Source: Antedon mediterranea (Eukaryota; Animalia; Echinodermata). Taken from it: DNA of 64,000 nucleotides. A program made the translations under genes and the position numbers. The stretch lies in the NCBI RefSeq assembly GCF_964355755.1, contig NC_092671.1:5580001-5644000 (forward strand). The letters are read 5' to 3'. The notes below the pieces were generated by a model. That model saw nothing but the letters and a program-made list of their open reading frames with translations, did no database searches and was not told the origin of the DNA. Positions 1 through 13,300 of the stretch are shown here, piece after piece; the stretch's first letter is position 1, and each line of letters starts with the position of its first letter.

Positions 1-144
1 GTGTATAAACAGATTAACTGAGAGGCACGTAACTATAGTAAATTTACAAACACTTAGAAAGACAAAAGCTATAGAATAGTTATCTATAGATTAAATTAGA
101 TGAACCTTTTAGACCCTATCTCATCTCTTATTTTACCGGATTAA

Positions 145-314
145 AGTCAATTTGCACAGACGAGCGATAACGGTAAGCGGAAAACTGCGCGGAGAATTTG
201 TATCTATCCTGAGCGGAAACTGCCCGTCCGCTTCGCTTTGTGTGTAAAGGACATAAGGAATAAACATAATTCTATATTTCTATTATCGTACCACTCGTCT
301 GTGTAAATTGGCCT
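145..314. mobile_element. PIF/Harbinger-like MITE
   Basis: Imperfect terminal inverted repeats AG(-)TCAATTTGCACAGACGAG ... CTCGTCTGTGTAAATTGGCCT, flanked by TAA/TTA; no ORF. Superfamily inferred from the termini and the TWA flanks. Confidence 0.6.
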
Positions 315-2082
315 TTAGATTTAAAGGTATTTGATTCATTGATGATCGACGTGTGGAAAAATATCTGAGTATAGGAAAAAATTAAATTGACGATGGAAAA
401 GCATGGTCGACCCGACATAACTACTGTATATCCATAACAAGATTATTTCACATATGCTGCCTGTACCATGTAAAGTTAGGTTAATGGTTATAGGATACTA
501 TACTTGTAAAATACAATACATGTAATACAGATACATGTAAAACACATAAAGATGCTGTATTACCAAAGTATTCCTATGATATTTCGGAAATAGATACAGT
601 ACCGAGAATCGGCTGTCAGGAGCTGAATCTGATATCGTTTTGCAATTTAAGTGAAGCCTTAATCTAATACGAAACGTCATTATTAATATTATATACGTTG
701 TATCTTGAAAAGATACACCTATCCGATACATCAAAGTTTTAAAATCTTAGATGTCAAACATTAATGGAAACTGATAGTAAATATATAGGGAATATAAAAG
801 TTCTCCGGGTGGTATATAGCTAAAAATACACACGAATGTAGGCCTACGTTTTGTATACAGTTCAGATTGAAACGTGGTGATCCTTCGGCTTAGGTTCAAT
901 AATAGGCTATAAATTATGTGATCCATCTTTTGCTCTAAATAATAATCGACATAATAGTGAAAATGAATATTCATCCTGTAGTATTTACGGAGGGGCAATA
1001 ATTCAATCCTCACCTTTGACCGAAAGTTCTAAAAACAAACGCTAATGTTAACATTATGGGTCTATTGGTAATACATTATATTGTAACCTAATCCAAAAAT
1101 AGGGCAAGCATTTATACATATAATAGCATTACATTAAGTTAGTAGTGGATTCCACATTTAGAACACAGTCTTGGATATCTATTGGGAAAATCACTAAATA
1201 CGCTAAGGGAAAATATTTATTGGAGGTAAAAAATTAAATTATTTTGCTCCCGAGTGGGAATTTTTGTTTAGATTTAGAAAGTTAGGATCTATTATAAAGT
1301 TTCATATAGTCTGGCAGACATGGCATAACCTTGCAATTTTGTCGAAAAACTGTAGAAAACATTGTAATGTTGGACGTACACCGTCGGACTAATTAATAAC
1401 ATAATAATAGCTACATCACATATATTAGAACTTGTATTTTCCCTAATTTTTACATGTAATTGTTGCTTGTAAGTTTTCAAATGTTTCACTACACAATATA
1501 TAAATATCGCGAGTACTCAATCATTGTTGGACCTACATTTAGCTTGAGGCCTTCCTCATTTTCTAATCTACCATTTTCACCATCAACCATGTGTTAAAAC
1601 TTATATTTGGCCCTGACCCACGATTGTATTTTGAAGTATGAAATAATTAAAACACGAAAATATTATAACACGTTTCTAAACATAGCCTACCATTGCTAAT
1701 ACTCATAGTGATCATTTTTTATAATAGGCATACTTTTAATATATAATACTAGGTTTTAGATGTATATTTTTAATGACGAACACTATGCCCATGGTATAAC
1801 AATAGTATCAGTGTAATAGTACACTCTTTAGCAAAAAGTTATAAACATCCAAAAGTATAATAGTTTTAAAAATACTGTAGGCTACTTCGAAAAAAGGTGT
1901 GCCTAACACTAACGGTAGTAAGGTATGTTTATCAGCGCACACTTAACCTTCGATTTCACCTGAATACTAAAAACACTGTGTCAACAAACCAAATTACAAC
2001 CGCCAAAATAATTACTCTCACAACAAAATAGTTTTTAGAAATTGACGATGTTTAAAAAGCAATAAAAGATCCGAATACTTAC

Positions 2083-2105
2083 ATTTGTGAAGCATTGGTT
2101 TCCAT
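2083..2105 (-). CDS. Possible first coding exon (METNASQ..) of a gene running off the left edge
   Basis: Minus strand reads ATGGAAACCAATGCTTCACAAAT followed by a perfect donor GTAAGT, with a TATATA run about 35 nt upstream. No downstream exon identified. Confidence 0.2.
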
Positions 2106-2697
2106 TTAAAATTCGTATCAACGCGTTTACTGTCGTTTACTATATATAAAGAAAACGCGATGTATGCTTTGTGTCGTCTGCTCGCTTTCGCTATTTTATC
2201 TTATCTGACACAGCCGATTCGTTCACTACGGTTTTACTATAGCATCGAGGCACGTCTTTTGTTCACTAGTAATTGATACGTAATGTCGATCAATAACATG
2301 CTGTTTGGCAAGAGTCCACACAAGATGACGCCATAAATGTTGTTCTTAGGTCTTGTGATCACGCTCTTTACGACCTTAATGGGAAACCCCGTAACCTGGT
2401 TTTTACAGGTTTCTTAATTTAAGAATACATTAAAAATCACGAGTTGTAGGTTTTACTTTTTTTTAAAATTCAATAAAAATTGTTTATTCAGTATTAATTA
2501 CTATTAAGGTCTATATAATCTTAGTTATTATTATTAGGCCTATTACGATGTTAGTTTTATTGTTGGGGCGACTTTTTCTCATTCTCACAGATTTTCTCAT
2601 CTCATTAATTAATTTTCAGTATATCACCGTCCGGTTTTGAATTAATGTTCTTTGCCTGATGTGTTTATAGGCCTATATATATTTGTGTACATTTATT

Positions 2698-3253
2698 TAT
2701 AAATCCAAAGGCAAATTACTGAAAAAATGACAATGCTGTGGGTATCAGTGGCTGGATCACATTTATTTATATACACAATTATTCCATCGACAACCTAACC
2801 TAGCTTTTTTTTTTTAGTTCCATAGCCTATTGATTGATATCTACCAAGCTTTCTTCATTGATTTCTACTCTTACTCTCTCCACCCTCTAGCAGCCTGAGC
2901 CTCCTTTGTTTTTATTTCTTTTATACTCAGGCAGCGCTTGTCTGTTTCGTACTCTCTCGATGAAGGATTAGTGTTGCCGAAAGCTCTGCTATTTTTCTGG
3001 CTGTTTTCATTATCCTTTTGATTTAGTTTTTTACTTAGTTATTTGTATCTCTATTGAGATCCAACCACTGATACCCACAGATTGTCATTTTTTCAGTGCT
3101 TATTTTATTTTGTATCTCCAATGAGATCCAGCCACTGATACCCACAGCATTGTAATTTTTTCAGTGCTTATTTTATTTTGTATCTCCAATGAGATCCAGC
3201 CACTGATACCCGCAGCATTGTATTTTTTTCAGTAATTTGCCTTTGGATTTATA
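2698..3253 (+). mobile_element. Penelope-like element remnant with inverted partial terminal repeat and three ~70 bp tandem units
   Basis: 2698-2758 is the reverse complement of ~3193-3253. There are three tandem copies of TTGTATCTC..GAGATCCAGCCACTGATACCCACAGCATTG, and a hammerhead-like string CTCGATGAAGG..CCGAAAGCTC at 2956-2986. The same family recurs at 15760-16090. Confidence 0.45.
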
Positions 3254-5149
3254 TATCTATATACGGTACATTCTTTACATATATTAAATAATTACCGGTA
3301 TCAATAAATATCACTTTAATATTAATTAAATCAAATTCTACAATAATTGATATGCATGGTACGGTATATAAACGCATCAACGTTTTCAATCTTCAATTTC
3401 ACTTCTTAATTAAAGTTGTAGGCCTTCATAAATCATCGTGATTTATTACCGGTCATCACTGTCGTCATCTTAATCACCAACATCATTAAAAACATTGCCC
3501 AATCACTATTAACATCATTCTACTATTCGTAAAAAAACATCGTCATACGTCACTAACTAACTTGTTTGTCATTTCATTCCATCGGTAAACATTTAGAGCA
3601 CAAATGTTTTTGAACCAAGCATTATGATATGACACATCCGCACACTAACATTTTATTGTTACAGGTTCCTAGGATGCAATTTGCGATTTTGCTGACTGAA
3701 TGACGTATTTCAAATCTTTTAGATATGAATATATAACGAGTGAGAGAGAGATTACGTAATACTGAATTTGAAAATAATTACTTTGAAAGTCCTCAAAAAA
3801 AAAATTTACATAAAAATTCAGAAAATCAATTCTGCTTCCATCATGTGGCCTAGTTTTTTTTTTAATGCGTTCTAATCCTGCAGCATTCAGGATCATTAGA
3901 TCGCCCTAGATTCTTTATATACGCAGAGACACACTCGTACGTGCGCGTTCAATTACTGATAATATTTGTCGATTTTTGTACGCGGGTGTCAACCTCAAGT
4001 TTCGTAACCGTAATAATTACGTCACCACGAGGTTGAACGACCAATGCCCTTTACGGTAATCGATTTGATAAATGAAGTGATGAAAAACACACAAAACATT
4101 GGCGTTTAGCCAAGTCAACCGTACCTTTGCCCATAAACAAGCACTTAGAACACAGTTCACTGGAGACATGTTTGCTTTTATGGTCGTCATCAATAAATGT
4201 AATACTAATTTATAGCATAATATTGTTCTCTTTATATCCCTATCAATTAGCCTTTGTAATCTCATTAATGCCCATAAAATCCATTTCCTATGGCATACCC
4301 TAACATGTTCTCTACTCGTATACCCACAAATTGTTGTACCAAGACATAGGCTGTACGATATGTAGACTTGCCCCAAGTCTGTATCATTGTCTTTTTTTAA
4401 ATTTGTTTTTATTTCGATTTTTTTTCTGAAAATATCCAAAATCAAGTAGTATACGTATGAAACACCATATGTGCCAAAATATTTATCTTTTTGCTAATAA
4501 TAAGACAAAACTGCGTCTGGAACCTACGCAAACAGTTATTCGCTCACGGGTAAATGTTCATATTATCCGGCTTAAATAACCACGACAATGCCCTAAAACA
4601 CCACTCCTCTTAATGAAACAAATGCATTGAACCACTGCTTTTTCGCCATTTGCATGAAAATCGAATTGTTGGAATTACTCATTAATCTTCTGTTTTGATA
4701 TAAGATAATCTCTAACCGGTCGTTTGACTTTTTATTCACTTTCTAACTAAGAAATTAATCAGTATCAAACACGATGTAAATCTGAATAAAATAGTGAGGA
4801 TTGTTCATGTTTGCAGAACGTCAAGTACAGTTTGACAAGGTCACGAACTACGTGCAACTAACCATGTTAAAAGGGAAAAAATATAGCAAGTTGCTCCTGT
4901 GATATGTCTATTTGTACGACGCATGTACACATTTATATAACTTAAGACTATATTTGTAGGAATTCCCTTCCTCTCTATAATATTTAATTTAAAGTACTGC
5001 TTACTGTTTCGTCCCTTTTGCACTTGTAGGCCTATATTTCTTTTCTTGCATTATATTAATTATGTTCATTATCGGTTGTATATTTATTATGTTACTCTGT
5101 TATTTGTGGAAATAAATGTTATTATTATTAATATTAATAATGTTATTTT

Positions 5150-5317
5150 AGATTATACTTTTTGATATACAATTTGATTTACTTCTTGAATGTATTTTTG
5201 TATAATTGTGTATTGTTTTTAAAAGGGTCTCTACAAGTCGGCTTTACTGCTGTAGTACGTGCTGTTAGAGCTACGATACCCTTGTAAAACAAAGTTGAAT
5301 AAATAAATAAATAAATA
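5150..5317 (+). mobile_element. Probable LINE 3' end remnant
   Basis: T-rich tract, then a potential stem (AAGGGTC..ATACCCTT) and a (TAAA)n tail. Confidence 0.35.
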
Positions 5318-8059
5318 CTTTATTTTGAATAATTGAAAGTGTTTGTGTAATCCATTTCTGTGCGTCAGTTTTAAGTTTTTGTCAACGGGGCTAGATTAAA
5401 TTATTGTACGATCCTGGTAAACAAATCGAACATTCTAACTACCAGTTATAATATTGTCGATCAAGTTTTACGTCATAAGCGTAAAAATAATATCGGTAAG
5501 CTTAAAATCAATTATCAAAGAGCTTGTTTTGATGTCAAACAAACATTTAGGTCTGTGGTTTTTATATAATACTTTCTCTTTAGATTGATTTATAGCATAA
5601 CATGTAAATATGTTGAAATTCTCGGTCAGCAAAGTGAAGTTGCGGCATGTTGTTTCTTACAAATTCTATATGGTATTAAATCCTCCTGTTTGCATGCCGT
5701 TCAGTATTAGTTCTATTGCACGTTTAGATGTTTATTTAATTGTTATATGTAATAGTATGGTTCTATTACACGTTTGCACTAGAAACAGAGCAGTGTCTTT
5801 CTGATCAACAACTTCATTTTGAAAGTGATGCTTCCGTTGTTTGAGATCTTTGTTTACTAAAGATACACTATCATACCAACCATTGGTACATAAAGTGCCA
5901 TGGTTTTGTCTTGTCAAATATTTACATAGGCTTCGTAAGGATCCGCAGTAGCAAACATTCGATAATGATCATGCCATTTCCCCAAATTAAATGTTTCTGT
6001 TACTTGATGTACTTGACCTTGGGGTTCATTACCCCAGCAGATTATCCAATAATTGATAATCACCAAACATGGTGCTGTTGAAATTTAGTATGTTTATTCG
6101 ATGGCGAAAGCTCGTGGGAGAAGAACGAGCAGAGTTAGAAACGAAAGAAAACAATTGCACACAAAGGTAAACGACCACAATGTGATTATTTGTTTAAGAG
6201 GTTTGATAATTGTACAAGACCGATATCGAATCCCCTTGGTATGTGGGCCTATATGCTGCCTTCCATTTTACTTATAATTCATAAGATGAGCGACTCGTAG
6301 CCTACCTTTAAGTTATAATAGGACAAAAGTATGGCATGTTAGTTATGTTTGGAATGAATATTTTTATTCTATGAATATGGAACTCCACGCATATTATTAG
6401 GCCAGTATTATTAACTTTTAGTTTAGGCCTAATGTATTTGAAGCATATTAATGACTGATTTCCGCGGAGGATAAATATTTTGAAAAAGATGAGGGCCTAC
6501 AAATTGTAAAATGCTGAACATAACCTAATGTCATATCTTTAATGTTCCAAGAGAATATGATTAGAATGTGCGCTAATATAAAACGTACCTTCAATAAAGA
6601 TAATGTTATAGTATGAGGTGGTTCGAGCTAAAAGGTAGTATATGTAAACATCGTAGGTCCCTTTAAACGAAACTTTGGGCCTATAGCAAATTAGAATAAA
6701 GATTTCGTAGTCTGTTTGCAGCGACTAACAACATTCCTCCGCGATGTAGGTTGTTTGTTTGTTTGTAGTTTGTAAACACGTTAACTTAAGCTTAATTAAA
6801 CACTTTATCGACCTCTCACACTGTTAATTCAAATGACGTCATCTATTTCATACGCAAGCTTCGGTAGATTCAACTTTATTCGATTCGCAACGCACGTTCG
6901 GGCATACTTTTACAATAACAAGGCCATCTCTATACTGGAGAAATAAAACAGAATGGCAGATGCGAGATGCAAATAATAATGTATAGCCCTACACAGATAA
7001 GAATGTTACCAGCAAATTTTAAACTGAAATTACATGAACATTAACAAAGACGCGCGTATGTCAAGAGAAGCATATGTAGATGTTTAAAATAGAAGTATTC
7101 TGTTCGTGACATCATAAACATTACTGTACTAGATATAGGCCTACAAATGAAAGTTACTGAAAATAAGACACTAAAAAGAAAAGAAGATTAAGAGCGAACC
7201 AACTTACAAAATGACCATGTGAAGGAAAGTTGAATGAAAAGAGGAAAGAAGATCATCAACAACAACAAAGACAACACAAATATAGACGAAAATGAAAAAG
7301 TTTGTGGCATCAGACGTCCATTATGGAACCGGTGTCATTACCAACACCATACAGTAGGCTAGTAAGCAACTGGGAAAGGATCATCTTAATGTTGCTCCTT
7401 GGCGTAGGCCTATCCCTCATTATTTCAGCTATGATGCTATGCTTCTTATGTTATTGATGTCTAAACTGTTTTATTGGACTCCATTTGCTGACTTAGTGAC
7501 ATTACATTATATTTATTACATTTTACATTTTATATTTTGTTTGTGAGTATATTTTGTTGTTGCGCTGCATAAACTGTTCTTTCTCATTTTTGTGGTTAGT
7601 AATTACCGGTGTAAACGTGTCGTGTAAAAAGTGAAATATTTATACTGAAATAAAGCTACTAATATATTCAAAGAAAAAACATAAAGATATCTTTAAATAG
7701 TGTACCGGTAGTATTAACTGAGATTACACGTAAGCCGGTTTGTCATCAAGTATAAATGACCATAGCAACAATGTTGATTGATATTATGTCGATGACATTT
7801 GACTTTGACTGTAGTATATAGTATTTATATACATTCGCGAATCTATTTTGACAAGAAGTACGTAGATAGTGACGTAGTTACACTATTTAATTGACGTTTT
7901 GAATATAATATAAGTCGAAACAAGTTCTAATTAGTTGTATTTTAACTGACGTAAACAATAAAAACAAATAATTGTCTGAATTCGAAAATATCAATATAGG
8001 CCTATGTGCAACTATACCAAGCAAAGTGAAATGTGTATACGTTAAAAACTATTACCTTT

Positions 8060-9535
8060 TTATCCCCATATATATATTGCACCAACATCATCTTATAGTC
8101 ACTGTGCCATATGTACAAAAATAAACAAGGTCGAAATTTGGTCAAAATACCGACTTTTTAAAATTCAATTATTATGCAATATTATTGCCATATATGCGCA
8201 TATATTGTGTTATCATCATCTTATAGAGTCATAGTAACCAGTTAAAAAGGTCGAAATTTTGTAATTTTTCGAAAACTTCCCTGTACGGTACTACCAGGGA
8301 GTTGTAAATTTTACAACTCCCTGGTACTACACTGCCCTGTAAAAAGAACGACTCAACTGACACATTTTTTTTAAATCACTTTTTTAGCTTTTTGGGCTAT
8401 TTAGGAAATTATACACCTTGTGGTATATTCAGATATTCAAAATTTTAACTAGAAATATGAAATTTAAAAATCAAAATACCATTCAATTACGTGTGTGTTA
8501 CTATTGTCACCAAAGACTACAACTCAACTACAAATGCCATGAAAGACTCACTCAAATGACATATTAACACCTATTATCATAGGAAACCCATTCAAGTGCA
8601 CAACAATGGTGTTAATTGCACAGCAAGCTGTGTAATGTTGTTGTTTTAAACATAAAATAATTTGGTACTGCCCTACGAATAATTGTCAATAATTATTTTA
8701 TTCAATACTCACTTAAACTTGTTTAGTTATTGTTAGAGTATTAATTTTATTTCTGGAATATTTAGAATTAAATACCCCGGAGAGAGACTATGTGAACACC
8801 GTAATGATATTATTATTGAATATTCTCCCTCTTAAATTAATACTTAAAACTAAAGTTAAAATACAAGAAACATGAAAACCAATTTTCGAAAATTTCCCAG
8901 TACTATACGGTAGTACAGGAATTTTTTTTTAAAAATGGCAAATTTTCGACCTTTTTATTTTTCGATAAAACTGGTTACTATAGCACAATTAACATGCGCA
9001 GAATCCATTAGTCGCCTCTGCGCATGTTTATTATGCAATAGTAACCATTTATGTCAAAAGTAACCACTTTTGACATAAATGGTTACTATAGCATATTAAA
9101 CATGCGCAGGTTTATTATGCAATAGTAACCATTTACGTCAAAAAATAAAAGGGTCGGAAATCAGCCATTTTTTTTCGCTGTACTATAGTACAGGGATTTT
9201 TTTTTTAAAATGGCCAATTTTCAACCTTTTTATTTTTCGATAAAACTGGTTACTATAGCACAATTAACATGCGCAGAACCCATTAGTCGACTCTGCGCAT
9301 GTTTATTATGCTATAGTAACCATTTATGTCAAAAGTAAATATGTTTTGTCAAAAAATGAACAGGTCGAAATTCAATAATATTGCCATATATACGCATATA
9401 TTGCGTTAACATAATTTTATAGTCATAGTAACCAGTTGAGGTATCTTGCGCAGAACACATTGTGTGCATCTGTGCATGCCAAATTATGATATAATAACCT
9501 GTTATGTCATAAAATAAAGGGTCGAAATTAGATTT
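8060..9535. repeat. Cluster of direct and inverted palindromic repeat units (foldback/MITE-derived)
   Basis: Hairpin unit TGGTTACTATAGCA..CATGCGCAGA..TCTGCGCATG..TGC(A/T)ATAGTAACCA at ~8972-9047 and ~9247-9322, with a shorter copy at ~9080-9131. AAGGTCGAAATT recurs in both orientations; ~8900-9060 is duplicated at ~9180-9340. Confidence 0.7.
8295..8323. repeat. 29 bp inverted-repeat scar CAGGGAGTTG..CAACTCCCTG with 7 bp TSD GTACTAC
   Basis: Direct repeat GTACTAC at 8288-8294 and 8324-8330. Same family at 21275, 38980 and 43904. Confidence 0.75.
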
Positions 9536-10306
9536 GAACTCGTTTCATTAAAAATTTATGACCAATCATTAAAAATCATAAAATTATTTCACACACAACT
9601 TCAAATAAAATATTCTTTTTACAACTTTTAGAGAAACGCTGCGGACAAAAATGGCAGAAAGAAAAAAAAATCCTGACAATCACAAAAATAACCTGAACAA
9701 GTTTTTCTTTTTAATAATTACAGTAATAATATTGGACACACAAAGGATCTATATACACACTACGTTACACTGTACTAGATTACATTAGCAAAATGGACAA
9801 TTTTATATACAGCTTAGTTTCAAAATGTTTTAATAAACGGTCCATATATGTTGAGAACACGAAATATTGTTGGCATAAATGAATCTTAATTATGGTGAAT
9901 ATTAATAATCTTATGATGTATTTATTTATTATTACTGTATTTCCCATTTATATGTACTGTAATTTATATCATGATTCTAATTGCTAATTACAATTGCTAA
10001 GAAATTGAACTTCAGTGGATTCATATAACTTGAACTAATTAACGGCTAAATCAATATTATATTTATCTAAATCAAAATTATATTATTATATTATTGTTGA
10101 TAGTGTTTTATCATTTCTATACATGTTTTGCCTGATAACAATTTTAGTTAACTAAATTCTTTTTAATTTAAAATACATGCAATAATCATAAAAAAAAACT
10201 GAAAACAAAACAAAACAAGAACGCAACGGACAATAATCTTCTCCAACCTGAATTGTAACTTGTGTACCTTGTATACAAACTGGACCTTCTCTAGTATGCA
10301 ACACAG

Positions 10307-13300
10307 CTAAATTTTAAATTTTCTGTAAAGAAACAAACGGGTTGAATAAATTAGTATAAAGCTAATGATAAAGCCAGAGTAGAACAGTTTATGCTATTCT
10401 TAAGCTCTGTCTACACTATCAAACTAGTTTGACAAAAAAAGTGATGTGCCCAAATATGGTAGTGATATTCCCAAATATGGTAGTGATGACATCATATTGT
10501 CCATATATGGGTACATCACATTTTTTTGGTCACATAAAGTTTTAGACAAAAATCTAGAATACATTTTTGGGTGCTGCAATTAACCATGGCTTAAATGTCA
10601 AAGTTTTGTTTTAAAACTATACGCATTGTTTCTTTGTGCACGTATGTGGTTTACTTACTTTTGTGGTACAATGTGTGTAAGTGCTGGGCTTCCTTCGCCT
10701 GCAATACCCTGAATGCCAACAGCACACTAAAAAAACATTACAAACATTATTTATAACAATAAATGTTGACTTGGTCAGATGTTTGTCGTACTCTGACGCA
10801 ATTGTACTTTATGCTTAAGTAAATAATGAGAATAAATAGTTTCGAAAATAAAAGAAATTCTCAGGTGGGACTCAAACCCACAACCTTCAGGTCACCATAT
10901 CTATAAACAACCAAGCTTGCGCTGATGGCTAGCGCTGAAGCACCAACAGGATTATAATTCAATTAGTAGCATAACTTCAGTAGGTTAGACATTTCTCTAA
11001 TTAACTTCGCTTATGAACACAAATTCATTTGGTACTTATAGTTTCCAAAATGTAAGTGAAAATAAATGCTTTTTATGCAGAATTTCATCTTACTCTAGTT
11101 TCAACGTCTGTCCATTCACCACTGTTCTCTTCGTCTGAAGCACGTCGTTTGCGTTCAACACTCTTGCGTTCTGCACTTAATGGCGTCTCCTGTCGAAGCT
11201 TCTCGACATCTGTGAATTGCACTGATTTCCCTCCACCTCTTGTATCAAAAACCTCACCCTATTAAAATATAACAAACAATTTGATTTTGCACTACAGACT
11301 GTTTTATAAAGTAGATATTCGATGCTAGGCCTAAATAATATATTACTTACTTTGTCCTACACTACTACACGTACTACTCTTATTTTTTTTATTTCAAACA
11401 CATCCAACAGCGAATAACTTGCCAATTACAGGATGAATAAACTATTTAATAATTTATCGTGCTTATAAACTAAGTCTCATTTGAGGCTTAGAGAGTGGAG
11501 TTGAAAGAGTCGTGAGTTACAACGCTGGCACTAGCTCAGCCCTGAACCCTGGACCTTAGGATTGGAAGGCAGGCATGTTAACCACCAACAAAACCACTAC
11601 GCTATAAAATTATTTTAAACAAAATATGATTTGGGATTTGTATCTTCCAATGACATTTGTTATTATTGAATTTTACCTTGAATAGTTTGGTTTCAATCTC
11701 GCCTTGTGAGTTTTCTTCTTGATGTGTCAACATATAGTTGGATGCCTTCACATCTTTCATTTCTTTTGCATTCTTTATAGTTTTCTTCTTCTTGATGCCT
11801 GATGGCTGCATTACTGTCTCTAAAACATGAACATTATTTTTATATTAGAAATAAACAAAACCAAACATATGAAATTAGAACATTCTTGTTTATCTATAAT
11901 TAATAATTATTATAGATGTATTGTTCCCCAAAAACATGAAAAATAAATACAGTCAACTCCGCCTAAGTCGAATTCGCGTAAGTCGAAAAATTGCGAAAGT
12001 CGAATTTTTAGGAAAGTCCCAATTCTTTCCTATACATTACTGTGTAATTTTTATTTGTAAGTCGAATTTTTCTAAGTCGAAATTCGTCTAAGTCGACGTC
12101 TTTTTGCGGTCCGAATACACACATTCTTTAGTGATTTATATCGTATAAGTCGAAGTCACAAATTACGCGGCAACAACGCGCTAAAAAAGCCGATGAAACG
12201 TACGTAATTCGATAAACAAACAACAGAGGGGATAATGTGGGACCATATCGGTTCTCTCAAGCAGGTTGTATAGTATAGGCGGCGTCCTACAACTCACGCT
12301 AGTGTATGTGTGTATGAGTTGTTTCAGATCGAGTTGAGAACTTGAGCGGCGTTTTGTGGGTACCTATTTTGTGCTAAACAATGGATACCGATTTCGAATA
12401 AAAACCGAAATGTATTTATCATTGCTGCCGATAAAGAGGCTTAGCATTTATTAGGCCCAGCTAGCTAGCTAAGCAAACTCAATTCAAGAAGGCTCATCGC
12501 GTGGTGGGCCGCGATCGCGACAGGGCAGGATCCACTAGGCCTAGCCATAGCGCGGCTAGCGAGTGAGCCTAGGCCTAGCATTTTTTTGGCAAATCTGTAA
12601 GTCGAAGTTCACGTAACTCGAATTTTTATACCGGTCCCATTAGATTCGACTTAGGCGGAGTCGACTGTATTAATAAAAATCAGACTTTTGTAGTTTTTAA
12701 AAAGTTAATCACAGAAAAATAAATTGTTTCACTTATAAAATGATAAAGTAAATGGGTAAATTACAGTTTTTTAGATAAAAATTTTTTTTTTCCGATCCAA
12801 TTTTTGGTTTAAAACAAATTATTTTTTCAAGGGGACAATACATCTTTAACTACAGAGCAAAATACAGAGTAACAAAATAAATATACAACCAATAAAGAAA
12901 GTTTTCAATGATTAAAATTTGTTTGTTTTATCTGCAGGATTTTAAAACTTAACTAGTATTATATTATTATATTAATAATTTACCAACCTGTGCCAATAGT
13001 GGTGGCAGGCTTATGATCAATCCACACACTACCAGATGCTGAACGTGACCGTCTGTGTCTTAGTTTAACTGGGGGTGGATTGCGTTTAGGAGGTGGCGAC
13101 TTTGATCTGTTATGTATGACTGCTGCCCTCCTCTCCTTTACTCGGTTTGACGCTGCCTCTCTAGCGCATACAATCTCCTTTAGTTGTCTTAGTTTCTCGT
13201 CTTTAACCCATATTTTGTTTTGCATTTCCAATTGCTTTGCTTTTACTCGTTTTTCCTGTGGTTCAAAGAAATTATGAATGTAACATAATAAGGATTTTGA

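Noticed and set aside
4017-4445. 142 aa minus-strand ORF
   Set aside because: No recognisable motif, non-ATG start and no supporting exon chain; cannot be supported, though a decayed gene is not excluded.
5610-6120. Coding-like stretch with short ORFs on both strands
   Set aside because: Frames are broken by stops and no homology is recognisable.
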